A stretch of DNA of 63,910 bases, the filler included. It is 6 parts of 6 records of this genome, joined end to end, with 100 filler letters (N's around TTAATTAATTAA, not from the genome) between each part and the next. Parts side by side here need not be neighbours in the genome. Positions count along the whole stretch, not along the records: positions 10,094 to 33,325 come from SRR31147125_2584; positions 33,426 to 42,906 come from SRR31147125_2633; 4 more parts are not named here. One strand, given 5' to 3'. The translations under genes and the position numbers were made by a program. The first letter of the stretch is position 1; each line of letters begins with the position of its first letter. Shown here piece by piece: positions 31,497 through 41,761 of the stretch. Below the pieces are notes generated by a model. That model had not been told where the DNA came from, made no database searches, and saw nothing but the letters and a program-made list of their open reading frames with translations.

Positions 31497-33152
31497 CTAT
31501 TGTCTTGGTTCCAAAGGAATAAGCTGTATGTCATCCACATAAATCAAGTGGTCTCCGCTTGCATCCATATTGTCTTCCGGCGATACCCAAATTCCATATT
31601 TTTCGGTTGGCGCTTCTGCAAACTCTACTTTTTTACTTAAAGTAACCCATGTACCTTTTTCAATATTGCTAATATCCCAGGTGTTTATGTACCATGGAGT
31701 GCTCATATAAGTGCGAATTGCCTGTAAATTGCTATTTACATCAACATAAACTTTAATTTGCTCGATGTATGGCCCGGCAGGAGCAACAGCACCGGCTGCA
31801 AGGAAATTCTTCATGTAAATTTTCTTGTCTGTCACAGTTCCGGCAGAAGTATAGCTCATACTTGCAACACCACTTGCTTTTACATCTTCGGAACGTGCAT
31901 AAACAACAGGAGATTGAGCTCCAACCCAGAAACCGGTGGCATAACCATGTTTTACATTTGTACTGGCGGTTTCGAAGCCATAATTTGCATTTAATACATT
32001 GGTAGCGCTAATGTGCATTGTTACCAATTGGTCGGCAAAAGGTTGAAGTTCTCTTAAATCGAGCGATTTAATATTCGCACCGGCGTACGCTATTGAAATG
32101 CTATCGGTATTAAATATTGGTGCAGCTAATTCCAACTCAATTAGAGTTGCATCATCGTTGCTTATCTTGGTAGTTTTCACCTCAATCATTTCATCGAATC
32201 CTGCTGCCGAATTAACAACATGAACAGAAAAATTAGCCTCTTCACCCGAGAATGGAGAAACCTCGCCCGACACATTAAATCCAATATTTCCATTTTCCAG
32301 TTCTTTCGCTTTTCCCGAGAATTCAAATGGTTCCGAAGATTGAATAACTTCCACCAACAAAGGAATTACTTTTGTGGTAGAACCGGCTGGTACCAATTCT
32401 CCTGTTCTGCTTGCGGTTATGCTTCCACCAACACTTGTTCCCATTTTAAAGAATGCAATTTCGGCTACCGAGTCGCGGCTTGTGGCAGGAACACCATCTT
32501 CAATATCCCACTGAACGCGGTTAGGGCGACCAACGTTGGTCATATCTACATAGGTTAGTTTTTGCCCAACCTCTAAAGTAACTTGTGTCCAACCCGCTTG
32601 ATTTTCGGCATCCGGCTCATCATCAGCCAGCACTTCCAAAACCATTGTTTCATCCTGATAAATGCGAAAGGCTGGTTGTATTGTTGCATAAACATCAATC
32701 ATAAAAGTGGTATCTATTACCCAAAAATCTCCTTCTTTTACAGCGGTTATTGTATCTTCTTCGGAATAAAAAGTTACTTCTGAGTTGAATGTATTATAAA
32801 GGTTTATCGATTTTACTCCGGGTTCGGTAAACAACACATGCACATTGGCATCTTCTGTTGTGTTTCCGGTATTGGGGATGATAAAATCGGTATAAACCGA
32901 ATCGTCTTGTGAAAATCCAGTACTTAGCAGTAAACACCCCTGGTCGAGTGTCCATTTATGCGTTAATGTACCTTGCGATAAATCAAGAAATGAAATATAA
33001 TCGTCTTGTGCAATTTGCAACATAGAGTTCGTTGGCTCAGCGCTTAGTGTCCACTCAATATCCGATAATTCGAATGGTGCTTCATATTCATCAGTGCACG
33101 ACATAGCAATAATGAGCATTGCTAATATTGATATTATTTTTATGTTCTTCAT
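31497..33152 (-). CDS. Surface glycan-binding lipoprotein (SusE-positioned; PKD-like domains plus C-terminal CBM-like domain)
   Basis: Lipobox AMSC followed by acidic TDEYE; directly downstream of susD; C-terminal YGFE...IYVDDIQL domain. Confidence 0.75.
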   Translation of the reverse strand: MKNIKIISILAMLIIAMSCTDEYEAPFELSDIEWTLSAEPTNSMLQIAQDDYISFLDLSQGTLTHKWTLDQGCLLLSTGFSQDDSVYTDFIIPNTGNTTEDANVHVLFTEPGVKSINLYNTFNSEVTFYSEEDTITAVKEGDFWVIDTTFMIDVYATIQPAFRIYQDETMVLEVLADDEPDAENQAGWTQVTLEVGQKLTYVDMTNVGRPNRVQWDIEDGVPATSRDSVAEIAFFKMGTSVGGSITASRTGELVPAGSTTKVIPLLVEVIQSSEPFEFSGKAKELENGNIGFNVSGEVSPFSGEEANFSVHVVNSAAGFDEMIEVKTTKISNDDATLIELELAAPIFNTDSISIAYAGANIKSLDLRELQPFADQLVTMHISATNVLNANYGFETASTNVKHGYATGFWVGAQSPVVYARSEDVKASGVASMSYTSAGTVTDKKIYMKNFLAAGAVAPAGPYIEQIKVYVDVNSNLQAIRTYMSTPWYINTWDISNIEKGTWVTLSKKVEFAEAPTEKYGIWVSPEDNMDASGDHLIYVDDIQLIPLEPRQ

Positions 33153-33190
33153 TTTAATATTTTTATAATGATAAACGTGATTGAAATTAC

Positions 33191-33325
33191 CTAATTAGAG
33201 ATATTAGGATTATTCAATGTCTCTGATAATGGTATTGGGAAATAGTAATGAGCACTTTCTACAAAGTTTTGCGAAGCCACTTCGTATTCATTCAACTGAA
33301 AGCCAAACGATGCAGGTTCTTCTTT
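33191..33325 (-). CDS. SusD/RagB family lipoprotein, 3' end only
   Basis: In-frame translation ends ...AHYYFPIPLSETLNNPNISN*, the typical SusD C-terminus; not in the ORF track. Confidence 0.8.
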   Translation of the reverse strand, partial: KEEPASFGFQLNEYEVASQNFVESAHYYFPIPLSETLNNPNISN

Positions 33326-33425
33326 NNNNNNNNNNNNNNNNNNNNNNNNNNNNNNNNNNNNNNNNNNNNTTAATTAATTAANNNNNNNNNNNNNNNNNNN
33401 NNNNNNNNNNNNNNNNNNNNNNNNN
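33326..33425. other. Artificial contig spacer
   Basis: N-run with central TTAATTAATTAA. Confidence 0.97.
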
Positions 33426-34190
33426 CTTGGCTTATTGCACATGGAAATTATTCAAGAACGATTGGATCGTGAGTTTGATATGAATGTGATTACTACCGTT
33501 CCCAACGTTTCATACATAGTACATACTACCGATGGTGAAGAGATTACTGTTTACAATCCATCAGGTCTTCCTCCATCAACCAAAGTTGAAGGAATTGATG
33601 AGCCTTATATTCGCGCTCAAATTATTACCAAGGCTGATTTTATTGGGCAGGTAATGACTTTGTGTTTGGAAAAGCGTGGAACACTTTTAAAACAAGATTA
33701 CCTAACAACCGAACGTACGGAATTAACTTTTGATCTGCCATTGGGTGAGATTGTCTTCGATTTCTATGATAAGCTAAAGTCAATTTCAAAAGGGTATGCT
33801 TCATTTGATTATCATATTTCGGGTTACAAGCCTGCAAAACTTGTTCGTCTGGATATTCTTTTAAATGGTGAAATGGTGGATGCCCTTTCATCGTTAATCC
33901 ACTTTGACAATGCGTATACGCTTGGTCGCCGCATGTGTGAAAAGCTGAAGGAACTGATTCCAAGACAACAGTTTGATATTGCCATTCAGGCAGCAATTGG
34001 TGCTAAAATTATTGCCCGCGAAACGGTAAAGGCTGTGCGTAAAGATGTAACTGCCAAATGTTATGGTGGCGATATTACCCGAAAGCGTAAGCTGCTTGAA
34101 AAACAGAAAAAGGGTAAAAAACGCATGAAGCAGGTAGGTAATGTTGAGGTTCCACAAAAAGCTTTCCTTGCCGTGTTGAAACTGGATTAA
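33426..34190 (+). CDS. lepA: Elongation factor 4, 5'-truncated
   Basis: [38 protein letters not shown]. Confidence 0.96.
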   Translation, partial: LGLLHMEIIQERLDREFDMNVITTVPNVSYIVHTTDGEEITVYNPSGLPPSTKVEGIDEPYIRAQIITKADFIGQVMTLCLEKRGTLLKQDYLTTERTELTFDLPLGEIVFDFYDKLKSISKGYASFDYHISGYKPAKLVRLDILLNGEMVDALSSLIHFDNAYTLGRRMCEKLKELIPRQQFDIAIQAAIGAKIIARETVKAVRKDVTAKCYGGDITRKRKLLEKQKKGKKRMKQVGNVEVPQKAFLAVLKLD

Positions 34191-34427
34191 TTCACCTTAG
34201 CAGAAGCAGGTTTGTATTCTGTTTAATTTTTATATCATTTTCATGCTAAGCATCATACCAGCATAAGGGAGCGTTGATGTTTGATAACATGGAGATATCT
34301 CCAAAGTATCACCAACAAAACGGGAAGCAATGTTGCCCCGCCATTAGTTTCCTAAGTAAACGTGGCGAGAAGACACGAGTTGTCCATGTAAAATGTGTAG
34401 GCGTGGAGGTTTCTCCAATTGGTAGAA

Positions 34428-34590
34428 TTAAAGCTTATAATACCCCATCAACAATTTTTCGAACCAGCTGGCAGGAAGGATTGCTTTTGGCATAATTAAT
34501 TCAATGGTTGAACCAACCCTGTATTTTGGCTTTAGTTTTTCTTTTTTGACATGACTCAAAATAACTTCTGCCAAAGCAACATTTTCACTA
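34428..34590 (-). pseudogene. Remnant resembling the C-terminus of an SDR oxidoreductase
   Basis: AEVIL...KLKPKYRVGS...AILPASWFEKLLMGYYKL*, with no upstream Rossmann or YxxxK motifs. Confidence 0.45.
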
Positions 34591-35081
34591 GAATAGCTGG
34601 GGCCTGTAAAGGTTCTTAACTCACAGGGCAACATACCATCAAAGGCTACGCTAAACTTTACCGCTTTCTTACCTACGTTATTGATACTTGCCAGCGGTAT
34701 CACTAACAATAGTGCTATCAACTCGTATCAGATTGTGTTTCTGCCGTTCTGTTTCTAAGTAAATAGAAGAAAACTGCTCGTAAATACATTCATATATTTG
34801 TAGAAAATAACCTGCATCAATTTATGATAGTCTTTTAGATATAGAGTTCCGCCGATTAGTCACACCCTTCTCTAAGTCAAACAACAATTTGAACACAGGA
34901 TCGTTAAAAGTATCTTCTAAAGTGCGTTGACTTAACTTCTCGTTTTCCAGTATTGTGCCCCTTAAATATTGTCATGAATTATCTTTTGATATGCATGAAG
35001 ATAATGTGTGTTACGACTGTGTGAAGGCGTACGGTTTGTATGTTAGTTTGTTATGTTGTTTTGCTGAAGGTTGTAAGGCAC

Positions 35082-35110
35082 AAAAAAAGTCGGAAGATTT
35101 TTCTTCCGAC
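35082..35110 (-). terminator. Intrinsic terminator of aspS
   Basis: Minus strand GTCGGAAGA-AAAA-TCTTCCGAC plus T7. Confidence 0.8.
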
Positions 35111-35138
35111 CATCACTGGCTATTCGCCGGTTTTTTTA

Positions 35139-36911
35139 TTATGTCTCACTGAGTTTATTTTCTTCTTTAATATCAAGTTTCAGATTTAATTCATCAAGTT
35201 GAGCTTTTGCAACTGGTGATGGTGAATCAATCATAACATCACGACCTGAGTTGTTTTTGGGAAAAGCAATTACGTCACGAATTGTTTCTAATCCAGCAAA
35301 CAATGATACCAATCGATCAAATCCAAATGCAATACCTGCATGTGGTGGTGCACCATATTTAAATGCACTCATCAGGAAGCCAAACTGAGCTTCTGCTTCT
35401 TCTTTTGTAAAGCCAAGCAAATCAAACATTTTAGCTTGTAGTTCAGAATCAAAAATACGAACAGAACCACCGCCTATTTCAACACCGTTAATAACAAGGT
35501 CATAGGCATTTGCACGAACGTCTCCAGGCTTAGTTTCAATAAGATCAGTATCCTCTGGTTTAGGTGATGTAAATGGATGATGCATGGCATGGAAACGTTT
35601 GCTTTCTTCATCCCATTCCAGCAATGGAAAGTCAACTACCCATAGAGGTTTAAAGGTATTATTGTCACGAAGTCCAAGACGCCTGCCCATTTCTAAACGT
35701 AGCTCGCCAATTGCATTTAGCATGTGTGATTTGTCTCCGGAAAGTACCAGTATTAAATCACCAGGTTTAGCACTAAATACCTCTGCCCATTGTTTCAAGT
35801 CCTCAGCTGAATAAAATTTATCAACCGATGATTTTAAGGAGCCATCTTGGTTGCACTTTAGGTAAACCATTCCTTTTGCTCCAATTTGAGGTCGTTTTAC
35901 CCAATTGGTTAACTCGTCCAGTTGCTTACGGGTATAGTTTGCACAACCTTCAGCGCAGATACCTCCAACAAATTCAGCATCATCAAATACCTTAAACCCT
36001 TTGTCTTTTGTAACACTGTTAAGATCTTTAATCAGCATCTCAAAGCGTGTGTCGGGTTTGTCAGAACCATAGTTTTTTATGGCTTCGCTGTAAGGCATGC
36101 GTGGGAAGTCTTCAACTTCAATACCTTTAATTGTTTTGAATAAATATTTGGTTAAGCCTTCAAAGTTATTGAGCACGTCTTCTTGCTCTACAAAGGCCAT
36201 CTCACAATCAATCTGTGTGAATTCGGGTTGCCTGTCTGCTCTTAAATCTTCATCGCGAAAGCATTTTACAATTTGGTAATAGCGGTCGAAGCCAGCTACC
36301 ATTAATAATTGCTTAAAAACCTGTGGAGATTGTGGTAAGGCGTAAAACTCACCTGCATTCATTCGTGAAGGAACAACAAAGTCACGTGCTCCTTCGGGAG
36401 TTGATTTAATTAAAACAGGAGTTTCGGTTTCAATGAATTCTTTTTCATTTAGATATGAACGAATGGCATGAGCCATTTTAGAACGCAACACTAAATTCTC
36501 TCTAACAGGATTACGGCGCAAGTCCAGATAGCGATACTTCATACGAATGTCATCGCCGCCATCGCTTTCATCTTCAATGGTAAAAGGAGGAATAATTGAT
36601 GGACTGAGAACTTTTAATTCTTTCACATCAATCTCGATTTCCCCGGTAGGAATATTTTTGTTTTTGCTACTGCGCTCACGAACTGTACCAGTTGCCTGAA
36701 TTACAAATTCGCGTCCCAATGTTTTCAGTGTCTCAACATCTTCATCTGTAGAGTTTTCATCAAAAACCAATTGAGTAATACCATAACGATCACGAAGGTC
36801 AACAAAAGTCATACCCCCTAATTCTCGTTTACGTTGAACCCATCCGGCTAAGGTTGTTTCAGTTTCCTGATGTTCGAGGCGCAATTCACCACAAGTGTGC
36901 GTTCTGTACAT
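35139..36911 (-). CDS. aspS: Aspartate-tRNA ligase
   Basis: [54 protein letters not shown]. Confidence 0.97.
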   Translation of the reverse strand: MYRTHTCGELRLEHQETETTLAGWVQRKRELGGMTFVDLRDRYGITQLVFDENSTDEDVETLKTLGREFVIQATGTVRERSSKNKNIPTGEIEIDVKELKVLSPSIIPPFTIEDESDGGDDIRMKYRYLDLRRNPVRENLVLRSKMAHAIRSYLNEKEFIETETPVLIKSTPEGARDFVVPSRMNAGEFYALPQSPQVFKQLLMVAGFDRYYQIVKCFRDEDLRADRQPEFTQIDCEMAFVEQEDVLNNFEGLTKYLFKTIKGIEVEDFPRMPYSEAIKNYGSDKPDTRFEMLIKDLNSVTKDKGFKVFDDAEFVGGICAEGCANYTRKQLDELTNWVKRPQIGAKGMVYLKCNQDGSLKSSVDKFYSAEDLKQWAEVFSAKPGDLILVLSGDKSHMLNAIGELRLEMGRRLGLRDNNTFKPLWVVDFPLLEWDEESKRFHAMHHPFTSPKPEDTDLIETKPGDVRANAYDLVINGVEIGGGSVRIFDSELQAKMFDLLGFTKEEAEAQFGFLMSAFKYGAPPHAGIAFGFDRLVSLFAGLETIRDVIAFPKNNSGRDVMIDSPSPVAKAQLDELNLKLDIKEENKLSET

Positions 36912-36939
36912 AGTGTCAATCTCTTTTTTTGTTTGCTTG

Positions 36940-36978
36940 CAAAAATAAGCAGATTTTATAATTTAAATTGTAGGTTTG
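36940..36978. promoter_or_regulatory. Divergent Bacteroidota -7 boxes for aspS and tadA
   Basis: TATTTTTG on the minus strand (36940-36947) and TAGGTTTG on the plus strand (36971-36978). Confidence 0.6.
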
Positions 36979-37003
36979 TCATTAAATCTGAAATGTTTTA
37001 ACG

Positions 37004-37444
37004 ATGGAGCCATTTAGTGATGAGTATTTTATGAAAAAGGCTTTTCAGGAAGCACGATTGGCCTATGATGAAGGCGAAGTTCCTGTTGGTGCAGTTGTGG
37101 TTGCTCAGAACCGGATTATTGCGCGTGCTCATAATTTAACCGAAACCTTAACTGATGTAACTGCTCATGCTGAAATGCAGGCAATAACAGCTGCTGCAAA
37201 CTTGGTAGGAGGCAAATACCTGAATGAGTGTGCCCTTTATGTAACACTGGAGCCTTGCGTAATGTGTGCTGGTGCAATTGGATGGTCTCAATTGGGTAAG
37301 TTAGTGTTTGGTGCAATTGATGAAAAACGAGGATTCTTAAAATTTGCCCCAAAAGCTTTGCATCCTAAAACGGAAGTAGTTTCAGGAGTTATGGCCGATG
37401 ATTGTGCCGATTTAATGACTGCCTTTTTTCAGGAGAAAAGATGA
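37004..37444 (+). CDS. tadA: tRNA adenosine deaminase
   Basis: EVPVGAV, HAE and EPCVMC zinc motifs. Confidence 0.88.
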   Translation: MEPFSDEYFMKKAFQEARLAYDEGEVPVGAVVVAQNRIIARAHNLTETLTDVTAHAEMQAITAAANLVGGKYLNECALYVTLEPCVMCAGAIGWSQLGKLVFGAIDEKRGFLKFAPKALHPKTEVVSGVMADDCADLMTAFFQEKR

Positions 37445-37455
37445 TAACTTTTTAA

Positions 37456-37521
37456 GTCACTCTGAACTAGTTCAAGCTGCGGTTAAAATTGGAAGAGATT
37501 CTGAAATGAATTCAGAATGAC
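37456..37521. repeat. REP-like palindromic element between convergent genes
   Basis: GTCACTCTGAA...TTCAGAATGAC terminal inverted repeat with internal hairpin ATTCTGAA-ATGAA-TTCAGAAT. Confidence 0.6.
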
Positions 37522-38744
37522 TATTTAACTGCAAATCCAACCTTTTTCAAGTCTTCATAATACTTCGGATACGATTTGGTAATAACCATTGGATCCTCAA
37601 TTTCTACTTTGCCAAACATGGCTGCAGGGGCAAAAGCCAATGCCATTCTATGATCGTGATACGTTGCAATGCATGGCACTTCTTGTTTTTCAAGCGGGAA
37701 TGTTCCATCCCATTTTAGTTCCCCATGTTTCGGTTCAGTAATTTGAGCTCCAAACTTTGCCAATTCATTTTGAAGGGCTGCAATCCGGTCAGTCTCTTTA
37801 ATCTTTAAGGTTTCCAATCCGGTGAAATGAAATGGTACTTTTTTCATTACACATAAAACGGCCATGGTTTGGGCAACGTCAGGATTTTCAACAAAATTCA
37901 AATTCAAATGATTGGGTTGGCTATTAGTTGTTTTTTTAATAATAACACCATCAGAAGTAGCTTTGCTTTCAACACCAAAATCCTTAAACCAGCCTGCAAT
38001 TTCACAATCGCCTTGCAGGCTCATTAAACGGAGGTTTTTCAGTTCCACCTCGGCTTCATCAGCTAAGGCAACCAGTTGGTACCAATAGGATGCTCCCGAC
38101 CAATCTGCTTCAACCACAAATTCTTTCGGACGATACGTTTGCTCATCAATGCGAATTTCATTTCCCTTCCAGGCATAGCGAATGCCAAATTGCTTCATTA
38201 TTTTTAGCGTGAGCGCGATGTAAGAGCGTGACGTGATTTTATTTTTCAACCGCAAGGTTAATCCACCTTCCATGCCCGGAGCAACCATTAATAAAGCTGA
38301 AATGTATTGACTACTAACGCTGCCGTCCAGTTCAAGTACTTTCCCTTGAAGTTTTGATCCAAATATTTTTAAAGGTGGAAAACCTTCTTCTTCCATGTAT
38401 TCTATTTTAGCTCCAAGCTCATTTAGTGCATCAACCAAAATACCGATAGGACGTTGCTTCATTCTATCCGATCCGGTGATGACCCATTCTCCTGCAATTT
38501 GTGCAAGAAAAGCAGTTAGAAAACGCATGGCAGTACCGGCATGACCAATATCAAATTTATTGGTGTTTGATGTCAATACTTTTTCCATCACTTTGGTGTC
38601 GTCGCTATCCGAAATATTTCCAATGTCGTATGGGCTATAGCTTAGGGCATTAATAATTAAAGCCCGGTTGGCAATACTTTTAGATGAAGGAAGGTTGATG
38701 CTTCCTTTTATGCTTTTATCGGATTTTGAAAGAGTGAACTTCAT
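37521..38744 (-). CDS. aroA: 3-phosphoshikimate 1-carboxyvinyltransferase
   Basis: SKSIANR, AGTAMRF, SSQYISALL, KETDRI, DHRMA, KSYP. Confidence 0.95.
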   Translation of the reverse strand: MKFTLSKSDKSIKGSINLPSSKSIANRALIINALSYSPYDIGNISDSDDTKVMEKVLTSNTNKFDIGHAGTAMRFLTAFLAQIAGEWVITGSDRMKQRPIGILVDALNELGAKIEYMEEEGFPPLKIFGSKLQGKVLELDGSVSSQYISALLMVAPGMEGGLTLRLKNKITSRSYIALTLKIMKQFGIRYAWKGNEIRIDEQTYRPKEFVVEADWSGASYWYQLVALADEAEVELKNLRLMSLQGDCEIAGWFKDFGVESKATSDGVIIKKTTNSQPNHLNLNFVENPDVAQTMAVLCVMKKVPFHFTGLETLKIKETDRIAALQNELAKFGAQITEPKHGELKWDGTFPLEKQEVPCIATYHDHRMALAFAPAAMFGKVEIEDPMVITKSYPKYYEDLKKVGFAVK

Positions 38745-38795
38745 AAGTAAGAGTCAAAATATTAGATTCAAGATTCAAGAACCAAGATGCTAGAT

Positions 38796-39866
38796 TTAAG
38801 AGCCAAGATTTTTATAGAAGTCAAGTGCCTCAAAAATTAATTCTTTTGGGCAGTCCTGGTTAATTTCTACTTCCCCTATTTCAGGAATAAGCGTAAAGTT
38901 AATGCGGCTTCCTTCGTTCTTTTTATCGTGGGTCATTAATTCATAAAGTGCTTCGTAATTGGATTCTTCAATTTCAAATTTCCCGTAGGTTTTAAGCAGC
39001 CATTTTGAGATGCTTTCTAATTCCGAATCAGCCAAGCCACAAACTATATTTGACAAATATAGCTCAACAATCATCCCGTAAACTACGGCATGACCATGCA
39101 AAATCGGACGACCATCATACAATGCAAAACTTTCAAAAGCATGTCCGGCTGTGTGACCAAAGTTTAATGCTTTGCGAATGTTTTTTTCAGTCAGGTCATT
39201 TTGTACATGCCAATCTTTAACAGCTACAGAGTGTGCAATAATCTCTTGCAATTCAATGTAGTTAATGTTAGTTAAATCGTATTCCAATAACTCACTCCAA
39301 TGCTCCGGGCTCTTAATTAGCCCATGTTTTAACATCTCAGCAAATCCTGAAAGAAAGTTTTCATGATCAATGGTTTTCAGGAAGTTGGTGTTGATGATTA
39401 CCGCATCAGGTTCGTTAAAAACACCAACCTCATTTTTTAATCCATTGAAATTAATTCCTGTTTTTCCACCAAGAGAGGCATCAACCTGCGAAAGCAAAGT
39501 GGTTGGAATATTCACAAAAGACATACCTCGTTTAAAGGTTGAAGCCACAAAACCACCTAGGTCGGTTAGCATGCCACCGCCAATATTAATAAGTAAGGAT
39601 TTGCGATCTGCGCTTTTTTCAGATAAAACTTGCCAGGCCTTTTCAACCGAACGAATTGACTTGTTTGGTTCGCCACCTGCAATTGTTATTTGCTGAATCC
39701 CTTTTTTCTGGATAAGGATTTCAATTACAGGCAAGCATACTTTAGCAGGTATTTCTTCCGTTAATAAGAACACTTTCCCTTTCGGATATTGGTCGACTAT
39801 TTTTTCAAGTTCAGTTTCAATCTGTTGGGAAAAGATAATATTAGAATGTATTTTTGATGCAGCCAT
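38796..39866 (-). CDS. aroB: 3-dehydroquinate synthase
   Basis: GGGMLTDLGG, PTTLLSQVDASLGGKTG, LNFGHT, HGHAV; a TAACTTTG promoter box at 39888-39895 supports the start at 39866. Confidence 0.95.
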   Translation of the reverse strand: MAASKIHSNIIFSQQIETELEKIVDQYPKGKVFLLTEEIPAKVCLPVIEILIQKKGIQQITIAGGEPNKSIRSVEKAWQVLSEKSADRKSLLINIGGGMLTDLGGFVASTFKRGMSFVNIPTTLLSQVDASLGGKTGINFNGLKNEVGVFNEPDAVIINTNFLKTIDHENFLSGFAEMLKHGLIKSPEHWSELLEYDLTNINYIELQEIIAHSVAVKDWHVQNDLTEKNIRKALNFGHTAGHAFESFALYDGRPILHGHAVVYGMIVELYLSNIVCGLADSELESISKWLLKTYGKFEIEESNYEALYELMTHDKKNEGSRINFTLIPEIGEVEINQDCPKELIFEALDFYKNLGS

Positions 39867-39963
39867 TTGTCTTTGATTTGATGCGTGCAAAGTTAATTTA
39901 TTTTTTGTAGAGCTTTCAATTCAAAAAGGTTTTGCCACTATTATTTACGATTCATTAAACGTT

Positions 39964-40401
39964 ATGGAATTTTCAAACAAAAAGAGGAGTAAGCGAATTA
40001 AACAAACTTTCAACCTGTTTATTGTTTTATTGTTGTTGTTGGCCTTGTTTTTTGTTTGGAAAGAAATGGATATTGCTGCATTAATTACCGGAGGTGTTCT
40101 TGTTTTAAGCATTGTTGCTGTTCAGTTTGTGAATTTGCAATATGTCTTTTATTCCTCCGAAAATGATCAGCTTATTATTCGTTATTACCCAATCATTACT
40201 TTTTTTGGAAAAGAATATAACTCCGTTGAGTTTAAAAAAGTAGCCTTTCATAAGGCTGAGATAAAGAAAATGTTGCTTTTCTCTGATTTGATTATTTCAG
40301 TAAAAACAAAGAAAGGCATTGCCAATTATCCAGAGATTAGCTTGTCGGCATTAAGTAAGACTCAAATTCAAACGATGATGGATGATCTTCAAAGTCTATA
40401 A
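39964..40401 (+). CDS. Hypothetical membrane protein
   Basis: Two N-terminal TM helices followed by a soluble domain. Confidence 0.7.
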   Translation: MEFSNKKRSKRIKQTFNLFIVLLLLLALFFVWKEMDIAALITGGVLVLSIVAVQFVNLQYVFYSSENDQLIIRYYPIITFFGKEYNSVEFKKVAFHKAEIKKMLLFSDLIISVKTKKGIANYPEISLSALSKTQIQTMMDDLQSL

Positions 40402-40530
40402 GGCTAGCATAATGGGTTAAGAATTATGTGTTAAGAGTTTGAAGTGAAAAAATAGAAGCAAGTATTTAAAAATCGAGCATCTTCTTTCCTATTGTGTGGG
40501 TTTTTCCTATTTTTACAAAAACCCCTGGCA

Positions 40531-41637
40531 ATGAAACAAAACAAACAACTTCAATATCAGATCGCCTTATCGCTAATTCCCGGGATTGGCTGTGTGAATG
40601 CCAAAACTTTAATTGCATACATTGGAAGTATTGAGGGTGTTTTTAACGAAAAGAAATCAACGCTGACAAAGATTCCAGGCATTGGCGAAGTAACTGCAAA
40701 GAGCATTGTTAATCAAAATGTGTTGTCGCGGGCTGAGCAGGAAATAGTGACCATTGAAAAGCAAAACATTCAAACTTATTTTTATTTAGATGAAGATTAT
40801 CCGTATCGGTTGAAACGTTGTGTCGATGCTCCGTTGGTTTTATTCTCGAAAGGAAATGTGAATTTAAATAAGCGGCAAATGGTTGCTATTGTAGGAACTA
40901 GAAATGCCACTTCTTATGGGAAAAACAGTTGCCAAAAGTTAATTGAAGCAATGGCCGAACGAAGCGGCTATTGCGTGGTGAGTGGATTGGCTTATGGGAT
41001 TGATATTGCAGCACACAAAGCTTGTTTAAAATCGGGTGTGCCTACTCTTGGAGTTCTTGCTCATGGTTTGGATCAAGTGTATCCAAAGCTACATGAATCA
41101 ATTGCCCGGAAAATGCTTGAAGATGGAGGTTTAGTTTCTGATTTTTTGTGTGAGCCAGAATTTAATCGAAAGAATTTCGTAAAACGAAACCGAATTATTG
41201 CAGGTTTGTGTGATGCAACCATTGTGGTTGAATCTGCCGAAAAAGGGGGCTCGTTGGTAACTGCAGATATAGCAGATTCATATAACCGAGATGTGTTTGC
41301 TTTTCCAGGACGTGCGGACGATACTTACTCAAGTGGCTGCAATAAACTGATTCGACAGAATAAAGCTAACTTGATTGAAAGTCTTGATGACCTGGAATAT
41401 TTCATGTCTTGGCAGACCGATATTGATAAACCCCGAAAGATACAGAGAAAGCTGTTTGTAGAATTATCTGCTGATGAAGAAAAAGTTGTTGAAATTCTGA
41501 AAGAAGGAGAGAAGTACATCGATCAGCTCAGTTACTTGAGTCAGTTTCCCATGAGCAGAGTTTCATCTTTATTGTTGGATTTAGAATTTAAAGGAGTTGT
41601 ACTTAGTTTGCCAGGGAAGATGTATAAGTTGTGTTGA
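40531..41637 (+). CDS. dprA: DNA-processing protein DprA
   Basis: AIVGTR, VSGLAYGID, RNRIIAGL, GGSLVTA and C-terminal winged helix. Confidence 0.95.
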   Translation: MKQNKQLQYQIALSLIPGIGCVNAKTLIAYIGSIEGVFNEKKSTLTKIPGIGEVTAKSIVNQNVLSRAEQEIVTIEKQNIQTYFYLDEDYPYRLKRCVDAPLVLFSKGNVNLNKRQMVAIVGTRNATSYGKNSCQKLIEAMAERSGYCVVSGLAYGIDIAAHKACLKSGVPTLGVLAHGLDQVYPKLHESIARKMLEDGGLVSDFLCEPEFNRKNFVKRNRIIAGLCDATIVVESAEKGGSLVTADIADSYNRDVFAFPGRADDTYSSGCNKLIRQNKANLIESLDDLEYFMSWQTDIDKPRKIQRKLFVELSADEEKVVEILKEGEKYIDQLSYLSQFPMSRVSSLLLDLEFKGVVLSLPGKMYKLC

Positions 41638-41710
41638 GTTGTAACGCTTATTGCATAAGGACTTTAGCACTTATGTTGTTGTGAATTTTAAATTTATACC
41701 ATGATGTGAA

Positions 41711-41739
41711 AGGACGGTGTTCCGATAAAACACCGTCTT
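41711..41739. terminator. Hairpin between convergent dprA and speA
   Basis: GACGGTGTT...AACACCGTC. Confidence 0.6.
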
Positions 41740-41761
41740 GCGTAATTGGAATGAACTATGG

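Noticed and set aside
7408-38795. Heptamer (TCTTGnn) arrays and the 37456-37521 palindrome as novel elements
   Set aside because: They resemble common intergenic repeats of Bacteroidota; recorded as features only
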